From assembly GCF_006345805.1 (NCBI RefSeq), contig NC_042997.1, positions 108,624,001-108,688,000 of the forward strand: a stretch of DNA of 64,000 nucleotides, given 5' to 3'. Shown here in pieces: positions 37,601-49,747 of the stretch. This DNA is from Octopus sinensis (lineage: Eukaryota). The notes beneath the pieces are model-generated. The model searched no databases. It saw nothing but the letters and a program-made list of their open reading frames with translations, and was not told where the DNA came from. The position numbers were made by a program, and so were the translations under genes. The stretch's first letter is position 1. Each line of letters opens with the position of its first letter.

Positions 37601-40600
37601 ATCTACACTAGATAATGTAGTCCTTAACGAACAAAAAGACAGAATGGTCAAAGTATGAATGCCTCTGACTGTGGCTCCATTCAATCAAAGCTGACCTGAG
37701 TTGAAGCTACAAATTCTCTGGTCTCACTTCAAATAACTCAATGTCGGTCATTTTCACTTTTGACTGACCACAACACTAGAAATGGTGATTTTTTTTTAAT
37801 TGAAGGGACTCATTTTTCATAATGGCCACCCCTTAGAAACCAAAATCACCATGGAATTAATGACAACATGACCTCTTAAATTCTACTTGTTTCAACCATT
37901 AGACTGTGGCCAAGCTGGGGCACTATCTTGAAGGGTTTTTAGTTGAATGAATCGATCCCATCATCATCAGTACTTTTCTTTAAAGCCTGGTACTTATTCT
38001 ATTAGTCTCTTTTACTGAACTGCTAAGATACATGGATGTAAACACACCAGCACCAGTTGTCAAGGTGATGGTGGGGGACAAACACACACATATTTATTCC
38101 GACTTCATGACAACAATCTAACATAAATGTGTCCCAACCCTAACTTTCTTAAAAATGTGTATTTTTTTTAACGAAAATTTTTGCAGAGATACATTTTAGA
38201 TGGTGCTTGTGATTACATGGAGCTAAAATTAAATTCATTTTTGAAATCACTCATCATCAAATATTGTTAAAAGCCAGCTTTTTAAATGAAATTTTCAAGA
38301 ATGTACTTTATGACTGTCTCAATAGAATTAGCAAAACCTTTTGTCATAAACTACACCATCAAGAAAGGCATTTAGGAATTTCTGGAAAAGAGAGCTATGA
38401 GGAAACAAAATCAATAGTTAAGAACACCCAAGTCTGTCAATAACTGAACCATTTTAAGAATTCATGTAAAACAAATGAGTGTTTTGGCACTGTTTATCTC
38501 AGTTAAAGTTGATAATCAAAATGAAGTTTTGTTTTTGCGACAACAGAAGCCAAAAGTCTACAAAACAGACATGATCTGACTTTACAAATATCTTAAATTC
38601 TTGTTTTGATTCACTTCAATACTATGTATCTAAAAAATCAGGGCTACCAGCTGTACTTCCCGATTAATTGCTTATTTACATTTGATAGATATTTGCCCTC
38701 ATCTTGTTTGTTGTTAACACAACATTTTGGCTGATATACGCTCCAGCCTTCATCATGTCTTGGGGGAATTTCAAACCTGGGCTCTCATTCCTAAGGTATT
38801 GTTCGATGTTATTATTATTATTCAGGTCACTGCCTGGAATCAAACTTGGAATCTTGGGGTTAGTAGCCTGCACTCTTAACCACAATGCCATATGCCTGCG
38901 GACAATATTGGAGTGAATTTTAGGGTTTATAAATCAAATATTTTTCTATCCTTCCATAATACCGGTTCCTATATGCTATTCATATCTGCACTTGGTCTGC
39001 TTAGGAGGTTGTTGTATCCTAGCATATGTGCTGCTTCTTTTAGTTTTCATATTTTCCAGTGGTATACTCTGTCTATTATTTTAACTTCATCCCACAAGGG
39101 GAGGTGGTCTCCATTTTTCCATACATGATCAGCTATACCTGATTTATCAATATCTTCTCATGTCACAGCTTTGCAATGTTCCTCTACTCTTATTTTGAGG
39201 GGGTGGCATCTTTCGCCTTTGTATGACCTACCACAGCTGCATGGGATGGAGTACACACAGTCTTTGGTCATATTCTCTTCTGTTGGTGGTTTTACTCGAA
39301 GGAGATATTTGCGAAATGTTGTATTACTCTTGAATACTGTCCTGATGTCATATGGACCGCATATATTTTTGGAGAGGCCTTTCACATAGGGTGGACAGTT
39401 TATCGGTTTCATCTTCTCTTTTCTTCACAATTGGAGTGGAGAGTATGCTTTCGGGGTAGTTGTTGCTTAACAGATTGTTGCTGAGCTTGATCATTTCCTA
39501 CTTATATTCTTTGCACGATGTTTTAGGCACTGAGCAATCCCTCTCTTTATACTGTATGGATGGTGGGAACTGAAGTTGAGGTATTGTCCAGCTTGCGGTA
39601 TACGGATGTCCTGAATCCAAGCTTGGTGCGTGTTATTAATAAGTGCAGGAATGAGAACCCAGGTTCGAAATTTCCCCAAGACACCCGATGAAGGCTGGAG
39701 GGAGGACAAATATCCGTCAAATGTAAATAATTCCTCATCTCTTAAATACAGAACTGCTTATATCAAGCAAGTGAAGAAACCCTAAAAGAAAGCCACTAGA
39801 AATAGCAGCTATTTCTCCCTCAAACCATACCCTACCGCTTAAAAATATATACTCCATCGTACACTATTTTATTCCTTGATAAATAAATAAAAAAACGGGA
39901 TAGCCATGGCTTGGATTCTTTTGATCATGAGGTCTTCTGCATCAATGCTGACTTAAAGCTAAACAATATCATCGTTATGTAAACAAACAAACGGTGTCTG
40001 TTGGATGGGGGCAGACCGAGGGCTAAACAGCATCAACAAAAGTGGTGTTACTTTAAGTGAAGTTGTTATTATGATTTAGTCGCAGGTCAAAAGAGTAGGC
40101 TTCTAAAATAGAGCAGATTTGGTTGCTATTTCTAGCAAGTCAAACAACCGTATAAGGGCTTCCTATTTGTCTCATGCTGATGTGAGATTTCTGATCAGAT
40201 ACATTCCAGCCATGACCATCTCGTATTTCCAAAAATATTTTGGCGGAGTGCGAGTTAAGGAAGCTTTGGCTGCTATTTCTAGTAGGTCGAATGATAGTGG
40301 CTCCCAAACAATATTATATTTCCAGTATCGTAAAAACTGAGATTCGGCCAAAAATATTTGAATAATGAAAAACAAACAAGTCACGTTTAAAACAGAAAAA
40401 AAAGTTATGAATTCTTCAACGATTATTTCTCCAAATTATTATTTTTTATAATTAAAAGCGACAAGAATTATTGAAAACACGTGGATGAGAGAGAAGACCA
40501 ACGGTTCCTACCTTTTTAGTGATTTTATAGCGAAGTCTCGCTTTCATCCGCTTACTTTGCTTTTCTGAAACACAAAATATTTACAATTAATTAATGTCAC

Positions 40601-40676
40601 AAAATATTTCGTAGAATATAAAGAAAATTAATCAATAGAAAGTGACAAAATACTGACTCGCAAAATTGCTCGGCAT
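10529..40676 (-). CDS. GNL3: Guanine nucleotide-binding protein-like 3 homolog (nucleostemin/GNL3/GNL3L/Nug1 family, circularly permuted GTPase), 17 coding exons, 618 aa
   Basis: Exons: 40658-40676, 40512-40564, 36586-36646, 33996-34078, 31545-31664, 30579-30686, 27478-27613, 26180-26283, 23600-23741, 22511-22598, 20967-21078, 20080-20145, 19035-19177, 17884-18014, 13707-13897, 12210-12384, 10529-10653 (sum 1857 nt; all GT-AG; phases match). Basic N-terminus [47 protein letters not shown]4 LNKID, G1 GLPNTGKS, G2 VGDVPGIT, G3 DSPG, C-terminus DYEFDKHF*. Confidence 0.95.
10830..11140 (-). mobile_element. RTE-clade LINE 3' UTR fragment (family B, very abundant)
   Basis: Reverse complement of ...AGGAAGGGCATTAGG/CATCCAGCTGTAGAAAC...GGACGTTAAAC(GAT)n. 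Other copies at 8527-8800, 18050-18305, 20285-20480, 22800-23250, 27790-27955, 31095-31403, 35088-35335 and 36720-37215. Confidence 0.8.
13930..14841 (+). mobile_element. 5'-truncated RTE-clade LINE (ORF C-terminus + 3' UTR + (GAT)n tail)
   Basis: [42 protein letters not shown], then a frameshifted [12 protein letters not shown], running directly into the family B sequence. This identifies family B as this LINE's 3' UTR. Confidence 0.85.
15259..15476. mobile_element. piggyBac-type MITE
   Basis: TTAA flanks on both sides; termini (C/T)CCTTTCGTTACC...GTAAGGAAAAGG; same family at 25667-25890. Confidence 0.75.
15566..16114. mobile_element. hAT/Charlie-like MITE interrupted by a family A SINE
   Basis: CAGTGGTCCTCAACC ... 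GGTTAAAAACCATTG termini; left flank gtctagat (NTCTAGAN-like target), degenerate right flank atgtagaa. Confidence 0.55.
17550..17781. repeat. Minisatellite, 4 copies of a 57-bp unit in GNL3 intron 14
   Basis: ctctttatggctgtagacccttcaatcaatcttcaggtcagtcatcaatcatacaaa; units of 57, 61, 57 and 57 bp. Confidence 0.95.
25667..25890. mobile_element. piggyBac-type MITE (second copy)
   Basis: TTAA|CCCTGCTGTTACC...GGTAACGAAAGGG|TTAA. Confidence 0.8.
34535..34692 (+). mobile_element. CR1/L2-group LINE 3' UTR fragment
   Basis: Matches 3250-3400 (gtgcacctgagcact..acaataatttcattattattatt). Confidence 0.65.
38672..39730 (-). mobile_element. 5'-truncated Penelope-like element (RT thumb + GIY-YIG endonuclease + pseudo-LTR) with inverted partial pLTR
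   Basis: [26 protein letters not shown] (RT thumb); [29 protein letters not shown] (GIY-YIG). The terminal repeat at 38672-38810 reappears inverted at 39647-39730. Confidence 0.85.
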
Positions 40677-40891
40677 CGTTATAGGTGTCTAAGTTGGAAA
40701 GGAGACGGTGTCGGAGGAAATTAGTTCCGGAATTAAATAAAGTCTGGATACAGAGTTATCTTTCTTGTTTCAACTTTGAACTATTGTGCAACAAGTTAAG
40801 ATCGAAATTAATATAAAAAAAAATAATGTGTGAACACAGAATTATTAATCCTTTTTTTTTAAATTTCAGGTTCATCTATAATACTAATAAT

Positions 40892-41169
40892 GGTACTACT
40901 TGAGAACAGTGGTCCCGGTGCGCGCACTCGCGTACTCACGCATCCGCATTAGCTAGTCATGACTTGTCGATCTTTTGTGTTTTTGTGTTTTATTTACTTT
41001 GTTTAACAAAAATTATTTACTTTGTGTAAAAAAATTATTTAGGATCTTTATTTTGAGTTTTATTTACTTTGCTAGGTAGTCGTTTTAGGATCGACTAGTC
41101 TCGATTAGCTAGCGCGGATGCGTGACTACGCGAGAGCGCGCACCGAGACCACTGTTCTCAAGTAGTACC
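40892..41169. mobile_element. MITE with ~80 bp TIRs, ~215 bp upstream of the GNL3 start codon
   Basis: GGTACTACTTGAGAACAGTGGTCCCGGTGCGCGC...GCGCGCACCGAGACCACTGTTCTCAAGTAGTACC; AAT on both sides (3-bp TSD, ambiguous in an (AAT)n context). Confidence 0.85.
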
Positions 41170-41186
41170 AATAATAATAATAATAA

Positions 41187-41635
41187 TGGATCTTTTCCTT
41201 TTGAACGGCAGTTTGTAACATAATTTCTAGGTAACTAAAAAGTTTTAAACTTCGTATACTTGTAGAATGTGATTATAAAACATTATTTTCTCTTGGTTAA
41301 AGTGTTTAGTTAACTAGAAATTGTCTGCCGTTCAAAAGGAAAAGATCCAAATTTAGGGTTAGTGTTAAGGGGAGGGGGAGGTTTAGGGTTAGTTACAGGA
41401 TGTTGTCTCAGTTTTAGACGCAGCAAATGATTTTAGTTCAATGGAGGTAATCGATTGGTTAAAATTGCCGAAATGCTCGGATTTTCAGACGAAATATCTT
41501 ACAAACTATAGAATTTTCTCAATAAAACCAAGAAAAAATTGTTTTATAAACACATTCTACCAGTATACGAAGTTTAAAACTTTTTAGTTACTTAGAAATT
41601 ATGTTACAAACTGCCGTTCAAAAGGAAAAGATCCA
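41187..41635. mobile_element. MITE-like element with ~110 bp TIRs and internal TTAGGG-like repeats
   Basis: TGGATCTTTTCCTTTTGAACGGCAGTTTGTAACATAATTTC... mirrored at 41527-41635; extra copies of CTGCCGTTCAAAAGGAAAAGA at 41325 and 41909. Confidence 0.75.
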
Positions 41636-41776
41636 AATGCAATAGATCGATACTAGGGTTATAATTATGGGTGACAATTTCATACGACACCGCTACGGAA
41701 AATGGGATTTTTTTCTAGCGGTGTCAAATGAAAATATCACCCATAATTATAACCCTAGTATCGATCTATTGCATTT
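41635..41776. repeat. Near-perfect 142-nt hairpin (short MITE or hairpin RNA)
   Basis: aaatgcaatagatcgatactagggttataattatgggtga...gacaccgcta / tagcggtgtc...tcacccataattataaccctagtatcgatctattgcattt. Confidence 0.9.
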
Positions 41777-42339
41777 CAATCTATTTTAGGGTTAGGGTTA
41801 GAGTTATGGTTAGGGGTGGGAGAAGGGTATCTTTTTTTCTTTGCAAATGTAAATAAACCCAATCTGTTTCTTAAACGAGGGACAGTTAACAAGAAATTGT
41901 GTTGAAAACTGCCGTTCAAAAGGAAAAGACCCGAAAGGTGAGTAGATTCATTCCATATTTCTTTCATTATGTTATCGCAGTTTTGTGAGATTTGGCTGTT
42001 ATTTCTAGCATATTCCCTCTGTTCATTCGCACACAAGCCGTTCGTTTTCACTTTCAGGCAGCGGGATGCAGTGACGAGGGTTGTATGAATCACTTTGGGA
42101 GTTTCCTCATAGAAAATTTGAAATGAATTATATTTTTTTCCTCCATATTCTTAATCTCCATATTTTCCCACGCCGATTGGAAAAGAAATAATCAAGAAAA
42201 AGTTAAAATTTAAAAACTTGGGGTGGGGATGGGCTATTTCAAATTTTGTAAAAAAGATGGCGGTTAATGCTTGCAACTTGACCCAGAATATGAAAAAAAT
42301 TATGAAAAAATATGAAAAAAAATGCGCGCAAAGCAATGG

Positions 42340-43740
<1,401 letters not shown>

Positions 43741-43911
43741 AACTTTCTACAGATACCCTAGAGTACTACTACTACGCTACGAAGAATTTTCTTCTACCCA
43801 CTTTCAATAATTTTTAATGTTTTGGCTTCAATTTTGTTTCATTTTATCTTTATATTTTTACGCTTTTTTTAACCCTTCCATCGTTATCTTAATTCACTCG
43901 TTATTATTTTA

Positions 43912-44346
43912 TCTCTCTCTCTATATAAAGCTGAAGTTGTCTGTGTATGGCAGGTTTGGTAGCCTTCAACTAACACTATCTCCTCCGAGACCCTGCGGCG
44001 CAAGATGACCAAAGTTGAGAGTATGATAGAAGGCTTGCTCTTCCTACCGTAGAAGAAAAAATTCAAATCGGACCATGTTAACACCAAAAATTATTTACAT
44101 CAAAAAATTGCTTTTTTTCTATGAAAATTCCTATTTTTAACGATTTTTTGACTGCTGTGTCTCCATTTTTCGGTGTATTTCAACCAGAAAAATGTTCACT
44201 TAAAGAGAATAACAAGCTACATAATGCTAAAGTTTTACTTTTCAAAAAAAATTGAAACTATGTCAAAACTTTGTTAACACAAATCTGGCGTTTTAAGCGC
44301 AACTAAAAAGAAAACAAACCCGAGCAACGCCGGGCTATACTGCTAG
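43912..44346 (+). mobile_element. Non-autonomous Helitron
   Basis: A|TC(TC)nTATATAAAG 5' end; 3' hairpin CCCGAGCAACGCCGGG (44319-44334), then CTAG|T; AT target, no TSD. Confidence 0.75.
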
Positions 44347-44859
44347 TCTTGTAAAAATGTGACTGCTGTTTCTTCCATCAAGATGACATGTGTGTCAAAA
44401 TCTTTCGGCAACATCTCAATGTAAGGCAAACGGGAGGTGATAAGTAGTTTTAAGGGAGATAACCCCTGGCTGTACCGCTTGATGCCGTGGTAGACTGCAT
44501 ACTTATACTAGCACCCAAATTTTATTCTCTTTCGTTGAATATTTGGATTAAATAATAACAGGGGTATGAAGGCGTGTAGCCTAGTGGTTAGGCTGTTGCA
44601 CTCACGATCGCTTGATCATGGGTTCGATTTCCGGATCGGGTATTTTATTTCACGCTGTTCTTTTCATCTCTGCTGGGTAAATGGGTAACACTGTGGCGAA
44701 AGGCCGGGCCTTTTGGTCAGGTGTAATGTTGACTTGCTTACCCGGTCAGCCGGATGGCGTCATTCGAAAGCTAAAACAATGTCAAGTGCACCCTGACCAG
44801 CGATGTATAAAAACATCTGAGAGTCTGTCTACACCGTGATAACAGGTGTAGATGAACCA

Positions 44860-46440
44860 CGGGGTAGGTATAACAGGGGGTAGATGTAGTAGGATTTAGC
44901 TGTAAGAGGGGTAGGTGTAACAGGATTTAGCTATAACAGGGAGTTGGTGTAACAATATTTAATTGTAACTAGGGGTAGGTGTAACAGGTTTTAGTTGTAA
45001 CATGGGGTAGGTGTAACGAATATTATTTTTACAGTCAACCTCGATGCTCCGTTTTTTTTTTTCGGTCAACTCAAAAATTTTACAGTTCCGAAAGTTATTT
45101 CATATACGTATACATGTAGTAATTTTATTATTACAACTTTTTATAAATGTTATAAAAAAATGTTAACCCATTCTACAAAGATTTACGTGAAACTGTTTCA
45201 TAAATATTACTTCTGGAAATCTCTACTAAGTTGTCTCCCTTCTTTTAAGATCGCGGGTCAAAATTTGTTTCTTTCACGTAGGTTTGATAAAATTACAACT
45301 AATTAAATACTAGATCTTGTGGCGTAGCGAATAGGGGAACGACTGCTCCTCGCGGACACATTCTTCAAAACTGGTTCCTTTTTTTAACTCTTTAGTTACC
45401 TATATCAATAGTTGGAAGTTTCATTTCATTATAACTCATTTATTTCGCATATTATAAGAGAAATGAGTTTAAAATGTTTGGAACCTGGTTAGATCAATCC
45501 ATAAGTATAGCCTCTTCTAAACATTTGTGATCTCATGTTCATGAGAGAAATCCGTATTTTTAAGAGTCATTACACGACTCAGAGTATGGAAGTTTGACCC
45601 ATATAGCTGCAATATTATATATTTTGTGTCGCATATATATAAAATTTTCGAAAATAATTCATTTTCTCGAAAATGCCAATTTTTCGAAAAGTCACAATGT
45701 TTTCTTTAACTCTCTAAGGTATTTCACCTGTTTTCCTATACTTAACCTTTAAAGAAGATATTTTGCTCTTTATCTTTGCTTCACCAATTGGGTGAAGCAA
45801 AATCGAAATCTAGACTACCTGTGTGTGTGTTTTTTATATATATATATTAATTTTAACCAGGCAAATTGCCCCGTTTATTATTCAGTTTGCGACAATTCAG
45901 TATTTTAAAGTTCTACGAAAAGTCAATACTCTGATCCGCGAAACGACTCTTAAGAATGGTAAGAGTGAGAAAAAAACAGAAAAATCAACAAAAACAAACA
46001 AACTTGTAATATTTCGTGTGGAATCTAGTTTTAGTTTATACATCGAGATGTCATTGTTATGTCATTGTTATGTCTTTGGTCGTTCTCATTGAAGTCATAG
46101 CCACATAATACGCAATGCAATTTTTCTTCCTAACACAGCAGAGGATGGCTTAGTGTTTTTATCAGCTGTTTCTAGCTCATAGCAAGACCACATTCGGGTT
46201 GCTTTCATTGTCCCGATTAAGTACCAGTGATATACTGGAGTCGACTTAGTCTATACATCCCTCGTCAGGAAATTATAAAACCGAATCATTCTATTAAGCA
46301 TTAAATCTAACAAGTACACCTGTCCTCTCTTACATCCGCCCATGTAACACGCTTGTTACATCACCTCCTCTTACAACTACTCCCTGTTACACCTGCTCCT
46401 GTTACATCTACCTCCTGTAACATTTACCCCCTGTTATATT
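44860..46440. repeat. Inverted pair of degenerate ~16-bp tandem arrays
   Basis: GGGGTAGGTGTAACAG-like units at 44860-45020; reverse-complement CTGTTACACCT(A/G)C(C/T)CC-like units at 46340-46440. Confidence 0.6.
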
Positions 46441-46559
46441 CATTTTCTGTCGGCCTGTGGCTAGGGTATAAGATACTTGCCCAATGCAGCGCACAATGGG
46501 ACTGAACCGAAGACCACGTAGTTGTGAAGCTAATTTATTAACCGCACCACCAGACCTGC

Positions 46560-46560
46560 T

Positions 46561-46591
<31 letters not shown>

Positions 46592-46849
46592 ATGTATGTG
46601 TGTGTGTATGTATGTGTGTGTATGTCTGTATGTGTGTATGTATGTATGTATGTATGTATGTATGTATGTATGTATGTATGTATGTACGTACGTATGTATA
46701 TGCATCTGTGTGTGTGTATATTTGTGTGTGTGTGCATGTGTGTATCTGTGCGTTGTATGAGTGTGTGTATATGTATGTATGAGTGTGTGTATATGTATGT
46801 ACGAGTGTGTGTATATGTATGTATATATACACACCAGACCCAGACCTGC

Positions 46850-46889
<40 letters not shown>

Positions 46890-46925
46890 TTGTGTAAGTA
46901 TGCATGAGTGTGTGTGTGTGAATGT
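46560..46925. repeat. Compound TG/TATG microsatellite block (representative; similar blocks at 42535-42655, 47170-47245, 48355-48430, 49085-49500, 52400-53280, 55980-56170, 59050-59150)
   Basis: Direct reading; these explain the VC/YI/HT-rich pseudo-ORFs. Confidence 0.95.
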
Positions 46926-47167
46926 GAATTTCATAGCCATAAATTTATTAAACGTCGATTCATTTCTCCAATTAGCTGGAAATAAATATCCGTTAAATTA
47001 AAGCAAAAGTTGCTGAGTATTCCACAGTCACGGTCACGTGACATAATTATGAGACCGAATCAACGCAATGCAACATATGAGGAAGTGCGAAACCAGACCT
47101 GTTAATTATGGTTATTATTCATTTGACTCCTGTTTCAATGATAGAGCATAGTAAAATAAAAAGGTAA

Positions 47168-47211
<44 letters not shown>

Positions 47212-47364
47212 TACACACACACGCAGACACACACACATACACATACTTCCCAAACGTCACGCTGTTGGATCGAACCTGAACAGTAGACTTACCAATTCAG
47301 CCAAGTCTACGTCCGGTTAAATTATAAGTCATTCCAGGTGTAGAATCCTACCCTTAATGCAGAG

Positions 47365-47772
47365 ATATATTTATTTCTTTATTGCCCAGAGGGGCCCAAA
47401 CAAAGACAGACAAAGGGGTTAAGTCGATTACATCGATCCCAGTGCGTAGCTGGTACTTATTTAATTGACCCCGAAAGGATGAAAGGCAAAGTCGACCTCG
47501 GCGGAATTTGAACCCAGAACGTAAAGACAGACGAAGTACCTATTTCTTTACTACCCACAAGGGGCTAAACACAGAGAGGACAAACGAGGACAGACAAACG
47601 GATTAAGTCGATTATATCGACCTCAGTGCGTAACTGGTACTTATTTAATCGACCCCGAAAGGATGAAAGGCAAAGTCGACCTCAGCGGGATTTGAACTCA
47701 GAACGTAACGGCAGATGAAATGCCTTTAAGCATTTCGCCCGGCGTGCTAACGTTTCTGCCAGCTGACTGCCT
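47365..47772 (-). mobile_element. Family C SINE dimer
   Basis: Full unit 47541-47772 joined tail-to-internal to a headless unit 47365-47540. Confidence 0.85.
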
Positions 47773-48356
47773 ATAATGCGGAGTTATATTGACTAAAAAG
47801 AGAATGTTTCTCTTTCGACGATGTTTTTATATACCTAATGTAAAGAAGTACGATCGGCATTTTAACCAGAGAAATATTGTTCTTGTTTCAACTGTATTTT
47901 ATAAGACAAATGAGAGAGTGAAATTTAGACCAGGGATCGGTAGTATCGACCTCTAAGGGCTTATGGGGCTATCCAAAAGATCGATGAATACTTGAAATGA
48001 TTTTGAGCATTAACAGTACACACACGTGTGTGTGTGTGTGTGTGTGTGTACACGAGGGGCTTCCTTCAGTTTCTGTCTACCAAATCCACTCACAAGACTT
48101 TGGTCGGCACGAGCCGATAGTAGAAAAAACTTGTTCAAGGTGCTACGCAGTGGGACTGAACCTGGAACTTTGTGGTTGGAAAGCAAGTTTCTTACCATAC
48201 AGCCACGCCTGCGCCTATGGTGTTGTTTATTAGAATAGGTTTGTTCTGTTTGTTCTGTAATAAAGGGACAGATATCCGAAAAAAAAAAGAACAAAATTCA
48301 ACCAAAGCCTTGTGAGTGGATTTGGTACACGGAAACTGAAAGAAACCCGTCGTATA

Positions 48357-48419
<63 letters not shown>

Positions 48420-49121
48420 GTGTGTGTGAATGTGTGTCCCCAACATCGCTTGACAACCGATGCTGGCGTGTTTACGTCTCCGTAACTTAGCGGTTCGGCA
48501 AAAAGATACCGATAGAATAAGTACTAGTGTTACAAAGAATCAGTCCTGGGGTCGATACGCTCGACTTAAAGACGGTGCTTCAGCATGGCCTGAAACCAAT
48601 AAAATATAAATGAAAGAATAAATATTTAGTTGCAAGGGAGACAACCTTTACAAATCACACAGAGTTGTGTACCTTGAAAATGAATCGTGAAAACGACAGA
48701 AACACCGACCAGGAATTTCCATTAAATTGTTTATTTTCCGATAATTCTGCTGTAGAGAAATATTTTGGTCATAGACGTCAGCTCTAAATATAAAAGCACC
48801 TTTATGTACATGTTTTATATTTTAAACAAAGGAAAATACGACGATGTGCTACGATATTATTGTTTTGTTTAGTTTAAGTCCATTTGGATTGAGTAGACGT
48901 ATGGTTAAAAGCTTTCCAAGCATGACAACCCAGCCTATTTAGGGCTATTTTAAGAATATACAGTCTTATGTATCCTTTTTCAAGACGGGAGGTTGTGATT
49001 TAAAGGAGATTTGACTGTTATTTCTAGCAGATTGCGTAACCAGGTAAACTTATTAGCCTAAAAGAATGTTTGTGATAAATGAACGATCACACACACATAC
49101 ACACACACACACGCGCACACG

Positions 49122-49196
<75 letters not shown>

Positions 49197-49747
49197 TCGG
49201 GTTTCTTTCAGTTTCTGCCAACCAAACCCACTCACAAGGTTTTAGTTGGCCTGAGGCTATAATAGACACTTGCCCAAGGAGCTAGTAGGACTGAACCTGG
49301 AACCAAGTGGTTGGGAAGCAAGCTTCTTACCACACAGCCACACTTGCGCATATGTATATATATATGTATGTATGTATGTATGTATGCATGCATGCATGCA
49401 TGCATGCATGCATGCATGCATGCATGTATGTATGTATGTATGTATGTGTGTGTGTGTGTGTGTGTGTGTCTGTGTGTGTGTGTGTGTATGTGTATGTATA
49501 CATGTTGAGGCTCGAAACAGCGTTGAATATAATATATTTGTGCAAAGTAATATTTAACACGTTCGAGTGCATTTTGACGTGAGAAGTCCTTCCGCTGCGG
49601 ATAAAGTCCCCGGAGCAAATTGTCTTCCTTGACGGCATGATTGAAAATGCGTTTTGGGCTTTGAGTGACATCCTTACATCGCCAGATGCTTGTGTTTCTG
49701 TGGCCACGAGCACCGAATCCAGCGTTCACAGCCCGATAAGAACAAAA

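Noticed and set aside
38825-38896. tRNA gene
   Set aside because: Acceptor and anticodon stems do not pair well and the boxes are mutated; it is embedded in a Penelope terminal repeat. SINE heads elsewhere were rejected as tRNA genes for the same reason.
41350-41815. TTAGGG repeats as interstitial telomere
   Set aside because: Only 1-3 imperfect units inside MITE-like elements.
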